Assembly: GCA_963824995.1 (NCBI GenBank)
Contig: CAWGRK010000006.1
Coordinates: 318,273-382,272 of the forward strand
Origin: an uncultured Actinomycetes bacterium
Lineage (GTDB): Bacteria; Actinomycetota; Acidimicrobiia; Spongiisociales; DATADW01
Direction: 5' to 3'
Length of the DNA stretch: 64,000 bases
Both the position numbers and the translations under genes were made by a program. Shown one piece after another: positions 1-10,873 of this stretch (the stretch's first letter is position 1; each line of letters opens with the position of its first letter). Below the pieces are notes generated by a model. That model made no database searches. It was not told the origin of the DNA and saw nothing but the letters and a program-made list of their open reading frames with translations.

Positions 1-915
1 TTGGCCCCCTCGGCGAGCCGGGAGACTTCACCCGCAAGCTCGAGCAGCCCCAGCTTGTCGGCGTCGGGACAGCGAGCCACTACCAGCCCCTCTGGAGTGT
101 CCACGGCGAACCCGAGGTCGTAGCGACGGTGGAGGATCAACTCATCGTCCTCCAAGGTTGCGTTGAACTCGGGAAACGAAGCCAGGACGGGTATCACGGC
201 TTTGGCCACCAGCGCCTCGATCGGCAAGGACCGCTGGTGCCTCTCGGCCAGCGCCCGCCGTGCCGCCAGCAGCCTGCCGGCGTCCACCTGGTCGAACGTG
301 GTGACGTGGGGGATCTCCCGCCACGACTGGGTCATCCGCTCGGCGATGGTGCGGCGCAGCTTGCTCAACCTGACCCGCTCGTCGCCGTCTTGCCTCGCAG
401 CGCCGTCCGGCTGAGAGGCAGCCACCACATCGTCGCGGGTCACTCTCCCCCCTGGCCCGCTGCCGGCGACGCCGGCCAGATCCACCCCCAATTCCCGGGC
501 CAGTTTTCTGACAAGGGGCAGCGCCTGGGGACGCGACGGTTCGGCTGAGCCTGATGGACCCAGCACCTCGGCCTCCTCGGAAATGCTGCCCACGATCGGC
601 GCTATCGGCGTAGTGGCAGGCTCGTTCGCCTGGCGTATCCGACGGTTCGCTTGCCGCGTCTTCGTCCCAGGTCTCCCCCGGTTCTCCGATCACCGCCAGC
701 ACAGCACCGACCTCCAGAACCCCGCCGACCGGGGCACCGTGGTGGAGGACGATCCCCTTCCGTGGTGACGGGATCTCCACCACCGCCTTGTCGGTCTCGA
801 CCTCGACCAGTGGCTGATCCAGGTCAACCTCGGACCCGACTTCGATCAGCCACCGCACCACCTCGGCCTCGGTGAGCCCCTCGCCGATATCGGGCAGCCG
901 GAACTCGTACGCCAA
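1..915 (-). CDS. 2-oxoacid dehydrogenase E2 (dihydrolipoamide acyltransferase); frameshifted, runs off window start
   Basis: N-terminal lipoyl domain MAYEFRLPDIGEGLTEAEV...VETDKAVVEIPSP; catalytic-domain sequence continues in another frame; follows E1a/E1b. Confidence 0.9.
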
Positions 916-916
916 G

Positions 917-1894
917 TCAGCCCTCCAAGGTCCGTCGCGCCGCGCTGAGGATTCGCTCCACGCCTGGAAGGTAGACGTGCTCGGTGCGCTTCAGCGGGAA
1001 CACCGTGTCCCAACCGGTCACCCGCTCCACCGGTGCCTGGAGCGAGTAGAGGGCCTTCTCCTGGATGAGCGCCGCCACCTCGGCGCCGATCCCGGCGGTG
1101 CGGGGGGCCTCGTGGACGACCACCACCCGACCCGTCTTCTCGGCGGATCCGACGAGTGAGCCCGCATCTAGCGGGGAGAGGGTGCGGAGGTCGATCACCT
1201 CCACCGAGACCCCGTCGCCGCCTAGGTGGTCTGCGGCCCGTCGCACCTCGCGCAGCATCGCTCCCCACCCCACCAGGGTCAGGTCGCTCCCGGACCGTTC
1301 GATCCGGGCGGGCCCGATGGGCACCGTGTAGTGGCCGTCGGGGACATCCTCCTTGACCGCCCGGTAGAGCCGTATCGGCTCGAGGAAGATCACCGGATCG
1401 GGATCCTCGATGGCTGCCAGCAACAACCCCTTGGCGTCGTGCGGCGTCCCCGGGACCACCACCTTGAGCCCGGGAGTGTGCACATAGATGGCCTCCGCCG
1501 ATTCGGAGTGGTGCTCGGCGGCGCCGATCCCGCCGCCATAGGGGATGCGAATCACCAGCGGGGCGGTGAAACGATGCCGGCTGCGGTTGCGGATCCGCGA
1601 GACGTGGCTGATCACCTGGTCGAAACCCGGGTAGGAGAACCCCATGAATTGGATCTCGGCCACGGGGCGCAGCCCGGCAACGGCCATCCCGAAGGCGGTC
1701 CCCACGATCCCCGACTCGGCGACCGGGGTGTCCACCACCCTTTCCGAGCCATAGCGCTCGATGAGCCCGTCGGTGACCCGGAAGACACCACCGGTCCGCC
1801 CCACATCCTCACCCAGCAAGATGACGCGCTCATCCTCCTTGAGGGCGCAATCGAGGGCATCGGTGATGGCCTGGGCCAACGTGAGCACCGGCAT
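917..1894 (-). CDS. 2-oxoacid (pyruvate/branched-chain) dehydrogenase E1 beta subunit
   Basis: MPVLTLAQAITDAL...GEDVGRTGGVFRVT...DTPVAESGI...EHHSES; ATG overlaps the E1a stop (TGATG). Confidence 0.95.
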   Translation of the reverse strand: MPVLTLAQAITDALDCALKEDERVILLGEDVGRTGGVFRVTDGLIERYGSERVVDTPVAESGIVGTAFGMAVAGLRPVAEIQFMGFSYPGFDQVISHVSRIRNRSRHRFTAPLVIRIPYGGGIGAAEHHSESAEAIYVHTPGLKVVVPGTPHDAKGLLLAAIEDPDPVIFLEPIRLYRAVKEDVPDGHYTVPIGPARIERSGSDLTLVGWGAMLREVRRAADHLGGDGVSVEVIDLRTLSPLDAGSLVGSAEKTGRVVVVHEAPRTAGIGAEVAALIQEKALYSLQAPVERVTGWDTVFPLKRTEHVYLPGVERILSAARRTLEG

Positions 1895-2910
1895 CAGCGT
1901 GCCGCGTCGCGCTGCTCGGCGAGGAGCGGGTTGGAGCCCGCGAACATCCGATCGAACAGGTCTGAGCCGGGCAGCGGCTCGAGACCTTCGGCGGCGGCGA
2001 CGGCCTCCTCGATCCGCTCCGACGCCTCCCCTTCGATCCTTCCCTGCCACTCGTCGTCCCACTGGTCCTGCGACACCAGGTAAAGGCGAACCCGCTCCAG
2101 AGGGTCGCGCTCGCGCCACTGCTCCACCTCGTCGGCGGGCCGATATCGACCCGGATCGTCGGCGGTGGTGTGCGGTCCCATCCGGTAGGTCAGGGCCTCG
2201 ATGAGAGTTGGGCCTTCACCGTCTCTCGCCCTCGCCACAGCTTCGCCGGCGGCGGTGAGAACCGCGAAGAGGTCGTTGCCGTCCACCTGCTCGCCCGGCA
2301 TTCCGTAGGCGACGGCCTTGTCGGCGATCGTCTCCGCCCGCGTCTGGCTCGCCAGGCCAAGCGAGATGGCGTAATGGTTGTTCTGGCAGAGGAACACGGT
2401 GGCGGTGCCGAACACCGCGGCGAAGTTCATCGCCTCGTGGAAGTCGCCTTCCGAGGTGGCACCGTCTCCGAAGGAAGTGAGCGCGATCCGGTCGCTCCCC
2501 AACACCCGTTCTGCCCATGCCAGTCCGACTGCGTGGAGCATGTGGGCGCCGACGGTGATCGAGGGCGGCATCACGTTGACGCCCTCCGGCGGCGACCCAC
2601 CGCGCTCGTCACCGGTGCGCCCCAGCACCAGCGCCTCCCAGGTGTACCCCTGCATCCACATCAGCGCCGCGTCCCGGTAGGTGGCAACCAGCCAGTCGTC
2701 GGAGCGCAATGCCGCCGCCGCCCCGATCTGGGCAGCCTCCTGCCCCTCGAAGGGCGCGTATGTCGCCAGCCGCCCCTGCTTCTGGAGAGCGGTGCATTTC
2801 CGGTCGTAGGTACGCGCCTCGACCATGGCGGCGTACAACCTGCGGGTCTCGTCGAGATCCACCGGTGCGTCACCAACGAGCTGACCGGTTGGATCGAGGA
2901 TGTGGCGCAT
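1894..2910 (-). CDS. 2-oxoacid dehydrogenase E1 alpha subunit
   Basis: TPP motif GDGATSEGDFHEAMNFA...NN; YRMGPHTTADDP. Confidence 0.95.
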   Translation of the reverse strand: MRHILDPTGQLVGDAPVDLDETRRLYAAMVEARTYDRKCTALQKQGRLATYAPFEGQEAAQIGAAAALRSDDWLVATYRDAALMWMQGYTWEALVLGRTGDERGGSPPEGVNVMPPSITVGAHMLHAVGLAWAERVLGSDRIALTSFGDGATSEGDFHEAMNFAAVFGTATVFLCQNNHYAISLGLASQTRAETIADKAVAYGMPGEQVDGNDLFAVLTAAGEAVARARDGEGPTLIEALTYRMGPHTTADDPGRYRPADEVEQWRERDPLERVRLYLVSQDQWDDEWQGRIEGEASERIEEAVAAAEGLEPLPGSDLFDRMFAGSNPLLAEQRDAAR

Positions 2911-3017
2911 CGTCCGGGGAGGCTACCGGCAGGCCCGTCTCACGGGATCGTCCCCCCTGGCTTTTGGCGTCGCCCAACGCGGCTATCCCCCCTCGAGTGA
3001 CGCCGAAACGGGTCTTC

Positions 3018-5296
3018 TCATGCGTCCTGGCGGGACCAGGCGTCCTCGAGTTCCTCCGTCGTCATGAGAACGGCACGCGCCTTGGAGCCCTCTGAAGGGC
3101 CGACCACACCGCGCTGCTCCAGGATGTCCATGATCCGTCCCGCCCGGGCGAAACCGACCCGGAGCTTGCGCTGCAGCATCGAGGTGGACCCGAGTTGGGA
3201 GCGAACCACCAACTCGGTCGCCTGACGGATCAGTTCGGTGTCCTCGTCGTCATCGTCTGCGGCGGCCTGGGCCCGGGCCTCGGCGGCGGCTTCTTCGATG
3301 ACATGGTCCTGGTAGAGCACCTCGCGCTGGTTCTTGACCCACTCGACGACCTCGTGCACCTCTTCCTCGGAGACCCACGCCCCCTGGATCCGGACCGGCC
3401 GGGGCTCCTTGGCGGTGATGACGAGCATGTCGCCCATCCCGACCAGCTTCTCGGCACCGATCCCGTCGATGATCACCCGGCTATCGGTCTGAGAGGCCAC
3501 CGAAAAGGCGAGGCGGCTGGGGATGTTCGCCTTGATCACTCCGGTTATCACGTCCACCGATGGGCGCTGGGTGGCGATGACCAGGTGGATCCCGACCGCT
3601 CGGGCCATCTGGGCGATCCGTACGATCGCCTCTTCGACCTCGCGGCCGGCCACCATCATCAGGTCGTTGAGCTCGTCCACGACGACCACGATGTAGGGGA
3701 ACCGATCGAAGCGGTCGTGGTCGATCTGTTCGGCGTCCCACTTCTCCCGATAACCGATGATGTCACGCGCCCGGGCGTCGGCGATCAGGTCGTAGCGCCT
3801 GTCCATCTCGGCCACCGCCCACTTCAGGGCGTCGGCCGCTTTCTTTGGGTTTGTGATCACCTTGGTGAGGAGGTGGGGCACCCCGTTGTACTGGCCGAGC
3901 TCGACCCGCTTTGGGTCCACCATGATGAGCCTGACGTCCTCGGGACTGGTCCGGACCAGGATCGAGGTCACGATCGAGTTGATGCACGACGATTTCCCTG
4001 CGCCGGTGGCACCGGCGATCAGCATGTGGGGCAGCTCGGAGAGGTTGAGCAGCCGGGGACGTCCGCTGATGTCCATCCCCAACCCGACTTCGAGAGGGTG
4101 GGTCACCCCGCCCGCCTCGGCGCTGCGGAGCACGTCTCCCAGCGTCACCAGCCGGCGCTTCCGATTGGGCACTTCGACCCCGATGGCGCTCCGCCCCGGG
4201 ATGGGTGCCAGCAGCCTGACGTCGGGTGTCGCCAGGGCGTATGCGATGTCGTGGGAGAGTCCGGTGACCCGGTTCACCTTCACCCCTGGAGCGAGCTCGA
4301 TCTCGTAACGGGTCACGGTCGGTCCGGGGACAATCTTGGTGAGCCGTGCATCGACGCCGTGCTGTACCAGCGTGTCCTCGAGAACCCGGGCAGTCTCCTC
4401 GAGCGAGCGTCTGCTCTGCTCCTCACCTCCGCCGAGCGCCAACAGTTCGAGCGGGGGAAGCTGGTACCCGTCCGCGCCGCGGAGGCCGCGTCTGGGGAGA
4501 GCCGGCCGGCGGACGCTCCTTTGCTTCCCTGGTCGACGGCGCTTGGCGCTTGGGTCGGGTCGGGGCGGCCGCTGACGCCTGCACCACGGCGCGGTGCTTC
4601 GCCTGATCACGGGGAGTCTGCTGTGGTGTCGGTGCCGTGGCTCGAGCCCAGCGACGAATGCGGCGCAACAATTCGACGAAGCCGAGGGCGAACTCGCGTA
4701 TCGAGCTACGGGCGACGGCGAGTATCCCGATGGCGCTCACCGCCACGAGCACGACCCCCGCTCCCCACTGCCCGACCAGCCGTCGCAGCGGGAATGCCAT
4801 CAGAGAACCGATCGCCCCGCCCCGCTGCCGAGACGGCTTCCAACCCCGCCGACAATGAAACTGCCCCGGTGAGCAGGTGGAATATGCCGAGCGTGCCGAC
4901 GAAGGCGAGCAGCAAACCGGCGGCGATCCGCCCGTAGTCGTCGCGCCGCCGCCCAGCGATGAGCAGCACCCCGAGCACCGCGATGGCCACCGGCACGGCA
5001 TACGCCCATACACCGACGAGCACGGTCAGGACCGCCTCGATGCCACGACCCACCGGTCCGGCATGACGGATGAAGGCAAGACCGATGAGGACAGCCACGA
5101 CGATGAGAACCACGCCCCAGATGTCGTCGGCCTGTCGTCCGAACCGGTTGCGGACCCGTTCCCGGAACGCCACGAACAGCGCGGCGGGAGTCCGTCGCAC
5201 CGTCTTCTTGGCAACCGGGCGCGCCCCGGCCTTGCTCTTGGTGGACACCCGCTTCCGCCCCGCTACGCCCCGGCGGGTGGGTGTCCGCTTGGGCAT
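3018..5296 (-). CDS. ftsK: DNA translocase FtsK; split over three frames by indels
   Basis: N-terminal TM segments (4706-5296, 4423-5013); motor domain PHMLIAGATGAGKS, VVDELNDLMM, HLVIATQRPS; gamma domain STSMLQRKLRVGFARAGRIMD. Confidence 0.95.
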
Positions 5297-5323
5297 TGGG
5301 GGAAAGACTAGTGGGGGAAACCA

Positions 5324-5470
5324 GACGGAAGGCGGAAGGCGGAAAACGGAAGGCCTGAGAGGACGACGGACGGCGGACGGCGGACGGCGGACGGCGGCGA
5401 CGGACGGCGGACGACGGACGACGGCCAGAACAAGACGGAAGGCGGAAGACGGAAGACGGAAGTTGAAGAC
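5324..5470 (+). repeat. Tandem heptamer array (G[AG]CGGAA and GACG[GA]CG units)
   Basis: GACGGAA GGCGGAA GGCGGAA AACGGAA ... (GACGGCG)x4 ... GACGGAA GGCGGAA GACGGAA GACGGAA, intergenic between ftsK and the cysteine synthase gene. Confidence 0.9.
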
Positions 5471-5494
5471 GCCGAGACCCCGACTTCGTCCTTT

Positions 5495-5628
5495 GGGGGG
5501 TGCCCGAGGGGGGTGGCTCCTGCCAGCCCCCCTTCGGCCTGATCGGGCCGGCTTTGCCGAGCCCGGTCAGCACAAATGAGCGCGGCCGAAGGCCGCTCGT
5601 TCGTGGATCGCACGGCGGCCTGCCGCCG
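5495..5628. repeat. REP/MITE-like multi-hairpin intergenic element
   Basis: Four consecutive inverted repeats at about 5508-5532, 5539-5570, 5578-5598 (GAGCGCGGCCGAAGGCCGCTC) and 5613-5628. Confidence 0.55.
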
Positions 5629-5632
5629 GGCG

Positions 5633-6532
5633 TTAGAAATGATCCGAGATGTACTTCTCGCCTTCGTCGCAGAAGAGGGTGACGACGGTCCCGAGCGAGG
5701 GTTGGCGCTGCCGCAGTTGTTGTGCCGCCACGTAGTTGGCGCCGGATGAGGGTCCGACGAACATCCCGTGACGGCGGGCCAGGTAGCGCATCGCCTCCAG
5801 CGCTTCGTCGCTCTCCACGGGGACGAACTCGCTCACCATGGTGCCGTGTCGAGCCATGATCCCGGGCACGAACCCGTCGGCGATGCCTTCGATGGCGTGA
5901 CGGCCGATCTCACCGCAGAGAAAAGTGCACGATTCGTCCGGTTCCACCCCGACGAGCACTGCCTCCGGATTCACTGCGCGTATCGCCTGTCCGACTCCGA
6001 TCAGGGTTCCTCCGGTGCCGATCCCCATTACCAGGGCGTCGGGGGGATGGGGAAGCCCCTCGATGATCTCCTGTCCCAGCCAAAGCCGGTTCTCCTCGAC
6101 GTTCCACTCCGAGTCGAACTGCTTTGGCCCCCACCACCCGCCCTGTTCGGCCAGTTCCGCCGCCCTGGTCAGCGCCTCGTTGACGTGGAAGTCGCCGACC
6201 AGCTCCATGTCGGCGCCGAGTGCCCGGGAGATGGCCACCCGCTCGGAGCTCAGCCCGCGGGGCATGACCACGACCATCCGGTACCCCTTGACCGCAGCCA
6301 CCATCGACAGGGCATTCCCGGTGTTGCCGCTCGACGCCTCGACGATGGTGTCACCCGGATGGAGCAGCCCGGCCTCCTCGGCACGTTCCACCATGTAGCG
6401 GGCGATACGTGCCTTGATCGATCCCGATGGGTTGAGGAACTCCAGCTTGACCCAGAGCCCGTCCAACTCGACGAGGGGCGTGTTGCCGATGCCGTCGAGA
6501 ACGGTGCCGGTAGATCCCACCAGGGCCACCAT
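5633..6532 (-). CDS. PLP-dependent cysteine synthase family protein
   Basis: IGNTPLV, KLEFLNPSGSIKAR, EASSGNTG, GIGTGGT, GPSSGA motifs. Confidence 0.92.
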   Translation of the reverse strand: MVALVGSTGTVLDGIGNTPLVELDGLWVKLEFLNPSGSIKARIARYMVERAEEAGLLHPGDTIVEASSGNTGNALSMVAAVKGYRMVVVMPRGLSSERVAISRALGADMELVGDFHVNEALTRAAELAEQGGWWGPKQFDSEWNVEENRLWLGQEIIEGLPHPPDALVMGIGTGGTLIGVGQAIRAVNPEAVLVGVEPDESCTFLCGEIGRHAIEGIADGFVPGIMARHGTMVSEFVPVESDEALEAMRYLARRHGMFVGPSSGANYVAAQQLRQRQPSLGTVVTLFCDEGEKYISDHF

Positions 6533-6552
6533 GGGTTGGAGGCTAGACCCGA

Positions 6553-6583
6553 GGCGGAAGACGGAAGACGGAAGGACGGAAGA
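6553..6583 (+). repeat. Short heptamer array (GGCGGAA/GACGGAA)
   Basis: GGCGGAA GACGGAA GACGGAA G GACGGAA between rnj and the cysteine synthase gene. Confidence 0.8.
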
Positions 6584-6614
6584 AAATGCAGCGGCAGAGC
6601 CGGTTGCGTGGGTC

Positions 6615-8303
6615 CTAAACCTCGAGGACTACCGGCAGTACGACGGGGCGGCGGCGGGTCTCGGCTTTGAGGAATTGGGACACGGTGCGGCGGACGGCTT
6701 GTTGCAGTACTGAGGGGTCGGTCGGCCCGGCGGCGACCAGTTCGGCGACGGTCTCGGCCACCTTGACCCCGGCAGCTTCGAGCAGTTGCTCGGGGTCCGT
6801 CACGAACCCGTGACTGTCCAGTTCAGGACCGAGCACGATCTCGCCGGTGGCGAGGCGGACGCCGACGGTCACCACCACCACGCCCTCGTCGGCGAGGTGG
6901 CTCCGGTCCCGCAGCACCGCATCGCGCACGTCGCCCATCTCCGACCCGTCGAGATAGACATAGCCGGCGGGAACCGCTCGCCGCTCCACCAGGGTCTCGC
7001 CATCGCGTAAGACGATCGAGTCGCCGTCCTCGAGAACGTGGACCTCGGGCACCCCTGCGGTCGTGGCAAGCTCGGCGTGAGCTCGAAGGTGCCGGTACTC
7101 ACCGTGGATGGGAACCATCACCGCCGGTCGCACCACGTTGATGAAGGTCGCCAATTCGTCGCGGGCGGCATGTCCCGACACGTGCACCTCGGCGTTTCGC
7201 CCGTGATAGACGGTGGCGCCGCTGCGAAGAAGGCGGGAGATGACCCGCGAGACCGCCGTCTCGTTGCCCGGCACCGGCGTAGCGCTGATCAGGACGGTGT
7301 CATCCGGCCGCAACTCGATCCACTTGTGCCTCCCCGAAGCCATGAGCGAGAGAGCCGCGAATGGCTCACCCTGGCTTCCGGTGGTTATCAGCATCTGTCG
7401 GTCGTCGGGGAGGTCGCCGAGGTCGGCGATGTCCCGCAGCCGGTCGGCCGGGATCCTCAGCTCCCCCAACTCGGCCCCGACTCCGGTGATCCTCCGCATC
7501 GAGCGGCCAAAGATGGCGATGTCTCGCCCCGCAGCCAGCCCGGCATCGGCGATCTGCTGGACCCGGTGGACGTGCGATGAGAAGCAGGCGGCCACGACCC
7601 GACCCGGCGCCTGCCCGACGATGTGCCTGATCGGCTCGGCGAGCGATCTCTCGGATGGGACGAACCCCGGACGCTCGGCGTTCGTGCTGTCGGATAGCAG
7701 CAGCCGGACGCCCTTGCGCCCCAACTCGGCGAAGGTGCGTAGGTCGGTCACCCTGCCGTCGATCGGTGTCGGGTCGAGCTTGAAGTCACCGGAATGGACC
7801 ACCGCACCCTGATCGGTATCGAAGACGACGGCGCACCCCCGGGGGACACTGTGTGTCACCGCCACCAGCATGAAGCGAAGCGGGCCCTCCTCGACCCAGT
7901 CGAGCTCGATCATCGGCCTGAGGTCCACATCCACCCCGAGCTCTTCGATCCTCCCGCGAGCCACCTCCAACGACAGCTCGGTGCCGTAGACCGGGACCTG
8001 GATGTCCCTGAGGAAGTAGGCGAGCGCTCCAATGTGGTCCTCGTGGGCATGGGTGATGACCACACACCGGACGTCGTCACGACGATGCGCCAGCCAGCTC
8101 CAGTCCGGGAAGACGAGGTCCACCCCGAGCATGTCCTCCTCGGGAAACATCAGCCCGCAGTCCACCAGTGCAATCTGCCCGCCGACTTCGATGGCGGCGC
8201 AGTTGCGCCCGATCTCGCCCAGACCGCCGAGAAAGGTGACCCGGACCCCGTCCGTCTCCGGCGGCGGACCCCCGGCCGGGGGGTCGGACCTGGACCCGTT
8301 CAC
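6615..8303 (-). CDS. rnj: Ribonuclease J
   Basis: LGGLGEIGRN, THAHEDHIG, HSGDFKLD, DSTNA, TGSQGEP, HVSGH, PIHGEYR; located between dapA and ftsK. Confidence 0.96.
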   Translation of the reverse strand: MNGSRSDPPAGGPPPETDGVRVTFLGGLGEIGRNCAAIEVGGQIALVDCGLMFPEEDMLGVDLVFPDWSWLAHRRDDVRCVVITHAHEDHIGALAYFLRDIQVPVYGTELSLEVARGRIEELGVDVDLRPMIELDWVEEGPLRFMLVAVTHSVPRGCAVVFDTDQGAVVHSGDFKLDPTPIDGRVTDLRTFAELGRKGVRLLLSDSTNAERPGFVPSERSLAEPIRHIVGQAPGRVVAACFSSHVHRVQQIADAGLAAGRDIAIFGRSMRRITGVGAELGELRIPADRLRDIADLGDLPDDRQMLITTGSQGEPFAALSLMASGRHKWIELRPDDTVLISATPVPGNETAVSRVISRLLRSGATVYHGRNAEVHVSGHAARDELATFINVVRPAVMVPIHGEYRHLRAHAELATTAGVPEVHVLEDGDSIVLRDGETLVERRAVPAGYVYLDGSEMGDVRDAVLRDRSHLADEGVVVVTVGVRLATGEIVLGPELDSHGFVTDPEQLLEAAGVKVAETVAELVAAGPTDPSVLQQAVRRTVSQFLKAETRRRPVVLPVVLEV

Positions 8304-8364
8304 TCGACAGGGTCCGCTCTATTTGGGCCCAAGGTGACAGGACCTGCGGTGACAGGGCCCACAG

Positions 8365-9260
8365 TCATAGGACCTGCGCCTTTCCCAATGCCTCCTTGAC
8401 CAGTCCGACCGTCTCGGGACGCGCCGGCACGAGCGGTAGCCGTGGTTCTCCCACCGGTTCCCACAGGGCGGCCATGGCCGCCTTCACGGGGATGGGATTG
8501 GGCTCGACGAAGAGCGCGTCGAACAACGGCATCAGCCCGGTATTGATCCGCCGCGCCTCGACGATGTCTCCCGAGGCGGCGGCTCCGACCATCGCCGCCA
8601 CCTGCGGACCGGCCAGGTGCGAGGCCACCGAGACGACTCCGACCGCGCCCACCGCCATGAGACTGCCAGGGTGATGCTGTCCTGCCCGGAGTAGACCGCC
8701 ATGTCATCACCGACTTCGGCCACGGTGCGCGCTGTGAACTGAGCGTCCTCCACCGCGTCCTTCACCGCCACGATCCTGGGGTGCTCGGCCAAGGTGACCA
8801 GCGTGCCGACCTCGATGAGCCGGCCTGTCCTCCCCGGGATGTTGTAGAGGATGACGGGGAGATCGGTGGCATCGGCGATCGCACGGAAATGCGCTACCAG
8901 GCCCGCCTGCGGTGGCTTCGAGTAGTACGGCGTCACCGCCATGATCCCGTCCACGCCGGCCGCCGCCGCCCGCTCGGACAGGTGGATCGATTCAGCCGTG
9001 TCGTAGGTGCCGGTGCCGGCGACGACTTGGGCGCGCTCCCCCACTGCCTCGACCACCGTCCGGTACAGCGCCACCTTCTCGTCGCCCGAGAGCGTGGGCG
9101 ACTCGCCGGTCGTGCCGCTGACCACCAACCCGTCTGACCCGTTGGCCACGAGAAAGCGGGCCAGCCTCCACGCCCTCTCGTGGTCTACGGCTCCCTCATC
9201 GGTAAACGGGGTGATCATGGCGGTGAGCACCCGACCAAACGGCTCCCCATGACGATCCAT
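8365..9260 (-). CDS. dapA: 4-hydroxy-tetrahydrodipicolinate synthase; frameshift near 8660
   Basis: TAMITPF, GTTGESPTL, VTPYYSKP, LYNIPGRT, AVKDA; C-terminal NPIPVKAA in another frame. Confidence 0.95.
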
Positions 9261-9384
9261 GCATCCTCCACGTGGCTGCGGGACAACGTTAGATGCATGG
9301 AGCCGCGCCGTCGGCACCATGCCGGGGAAGTCGAGAGCCAGCGCGATACGTTGGAAGTGGCATATGACTGACAGGGGTTCTGAA

Positions 9385-10218
9385 ATGCAGCACGTGAAGG
9401 ACGTGGACCAGGCCGGGTTCTCGCTCGAAGTCGAGGAACGCTCCCGCCAGGTTCCGGTGGTGGTCGATTTCTGGGCGGAGTGGTGCGGTCCCTGCAAGGT
9501 GCTCGGCCCAGCCCTCGAGCGGGCGGTCGAGGATCAGGACGGTGCGGTCGAACTGGCCAAGGTCGATGTCGACACCAATCAGCAATTGGCGATGCGGTTC
9601 GGCGTCCAGGGCATTCCCACGGTGGTCGCCTTTCGTAACGGCGAGCCGGTGTCCCGGTTCACCGGAGCGCTCCCCGAGCAGGCCGTTCGCCAATGGGTCG
9701 AGCAACTCCTCCCGAGCGACGTCGATCGGGCGGTGGACCATGCTCGGCAACTGGCGCTCGACGGCGACACCGCCGGAGCCGAGACCGTCCTCCAGGCCGC
9801 ATTGCAGACCGAACCGGGCCACCTCGAAGCCGGCACCGCCCTCGCCTCACTTCTCCTCGCCGGCTCGCGGGCGGCAGAAGCCGAGGAGGTGCTGGCCAGG
9901 CTCTCTCCCACGCCGGAGGTGGCCCAACTCGCCGCCGTCGCCAGGCTGCAAGCGGGTGGGGCCGAGGATCTGGAAACCTTGCTCGACGAGGCGAGGAAGC
10001 CAGATGCAAGCGACGAGGTGCGGTTGGAGGCGGGACGCGGGCTCGCTGCCCAGGGACGGCCAGCGGACGCCCTCGAACTGCTCCTCACGGTCGTCGAGGC
10101 AAAGAGCGAAGCCGCCGAGGATGCCAGGCACAGCATGCTCGATCTGTTCAACGTGCTCGGTCCAGACCATCCGCTCACTGCCGACTTCAGGAAGAGGTTG
10201 GCCGCCGCACTCTTCTGA
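9385..10218 (+). CDS. Thioredoxin-TPR chaperedoxin (YbbN/CnoX-like)
   Basis: VVVDFWAEWCGPCK followed by helical TPR-like region ending ...FRKRLAAALF. Confidence 0.9.
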   Translation: MQHVKDVDQAGFSLEVEERSRQVPVVVDFWAEWCGPCKVLGPALERAVEDQDGAVELAKVDVDTNQQLAMRFGVQGIPTVVAFRNGEPVSRFTGALPEQAVRQWVEQLLPSDVDRAVDHARQLALDGDTAGAETVLQAALQTEPGHLEAGTALASLLLAGSRAAEAEEVLARLSPTPEVAQLAAVARLQAGGAEDLETLLDEARKPDASDEVRLEAGRGLAAQGRPADALELLLTVVEAKSEAAEDARHSMLDLFNVLGPDHPLTADFRKRLAAALF

Positions 10219-10250
10219 CGGTCGCCCTTGTTTTGAGGCAGACTTCCCGC

Positions 10251-10814
10251 GTGGCCTACCCCCGGTTCGTCCGCTGGAAGAGAACGGATGTGGTCGGGTC
10301 GTGTCTCGGTCGGGTGATCGAACACGACGACGACGTCGTTCTCTCCGGGCGCGAGTTGGTGGTCGACCCCGGCTACGCCGTTTCTTTCACTTTGGTGGTC
10401 GGAACCGAATGGGAATCGGAGAGCCTCGAGGCCGAGGTCTTCGATCATGCCGGCGCCAGACGCCTTTCGCTGGTGCGCGCCGAGGACGGTGGGTGGCGAC
10501 ATGACGGTGAACCGATACCGGATACCGGGTCGTGCGACGACGTCGACATCGCCGCCACCCCTTTGACCAACACCCCGCCCGTGGTCCGGCTCGGGCTTGC
10601 GGTGGGTGAATCCGCCGAGATCCCGGTGCTCTGGGTGCGTATCCCCGAGTTGGCGGTCGCTCCAGTCCTCCAGCGGTACGAGCGGCTCGCCCCGGTCCAG
10701 GGGCTCGAGCAATACCGGTTCTCCTTCGTGGAGGCTGGCGCGAATGAGTATCTCCTCACCGTTGACGAGGACGGGTTGGTGGTCGACTACGGGGACTTCG
10801 CCACCCGGATCTGA
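10251..10814 (+). CDS. Putative glycolipid-binding domain protein
   Basis: DVDIAATPLTNTPPV, QRYERL, LTVDEDGLVVDYGDFATRI pattern; start uncertain. Confidence 0.75.
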   Translation: MAYPRFVRWKRTDVVGSCLGRVIEHDDDVVLSGRELVVDPGYAVSFTLVVGTEWESESLEAEVFDHAGARRLSLVRAEDGGWRHDGEPIPDTGSCDDVDIAATPLTNTPPVVRLGLAVGESAEIPVLWVRIPELAVAPVLQRYERLAPVQGLEQYRFSFVEAGANEYLLTVDEDGLVVDYGDFATRI

Positions 10815-10873
10815 GATTCGATCGAGGGCTCGAGGTCTCCCTACCCTCGGCGGCCCTCACCGGAAGGACCGCC

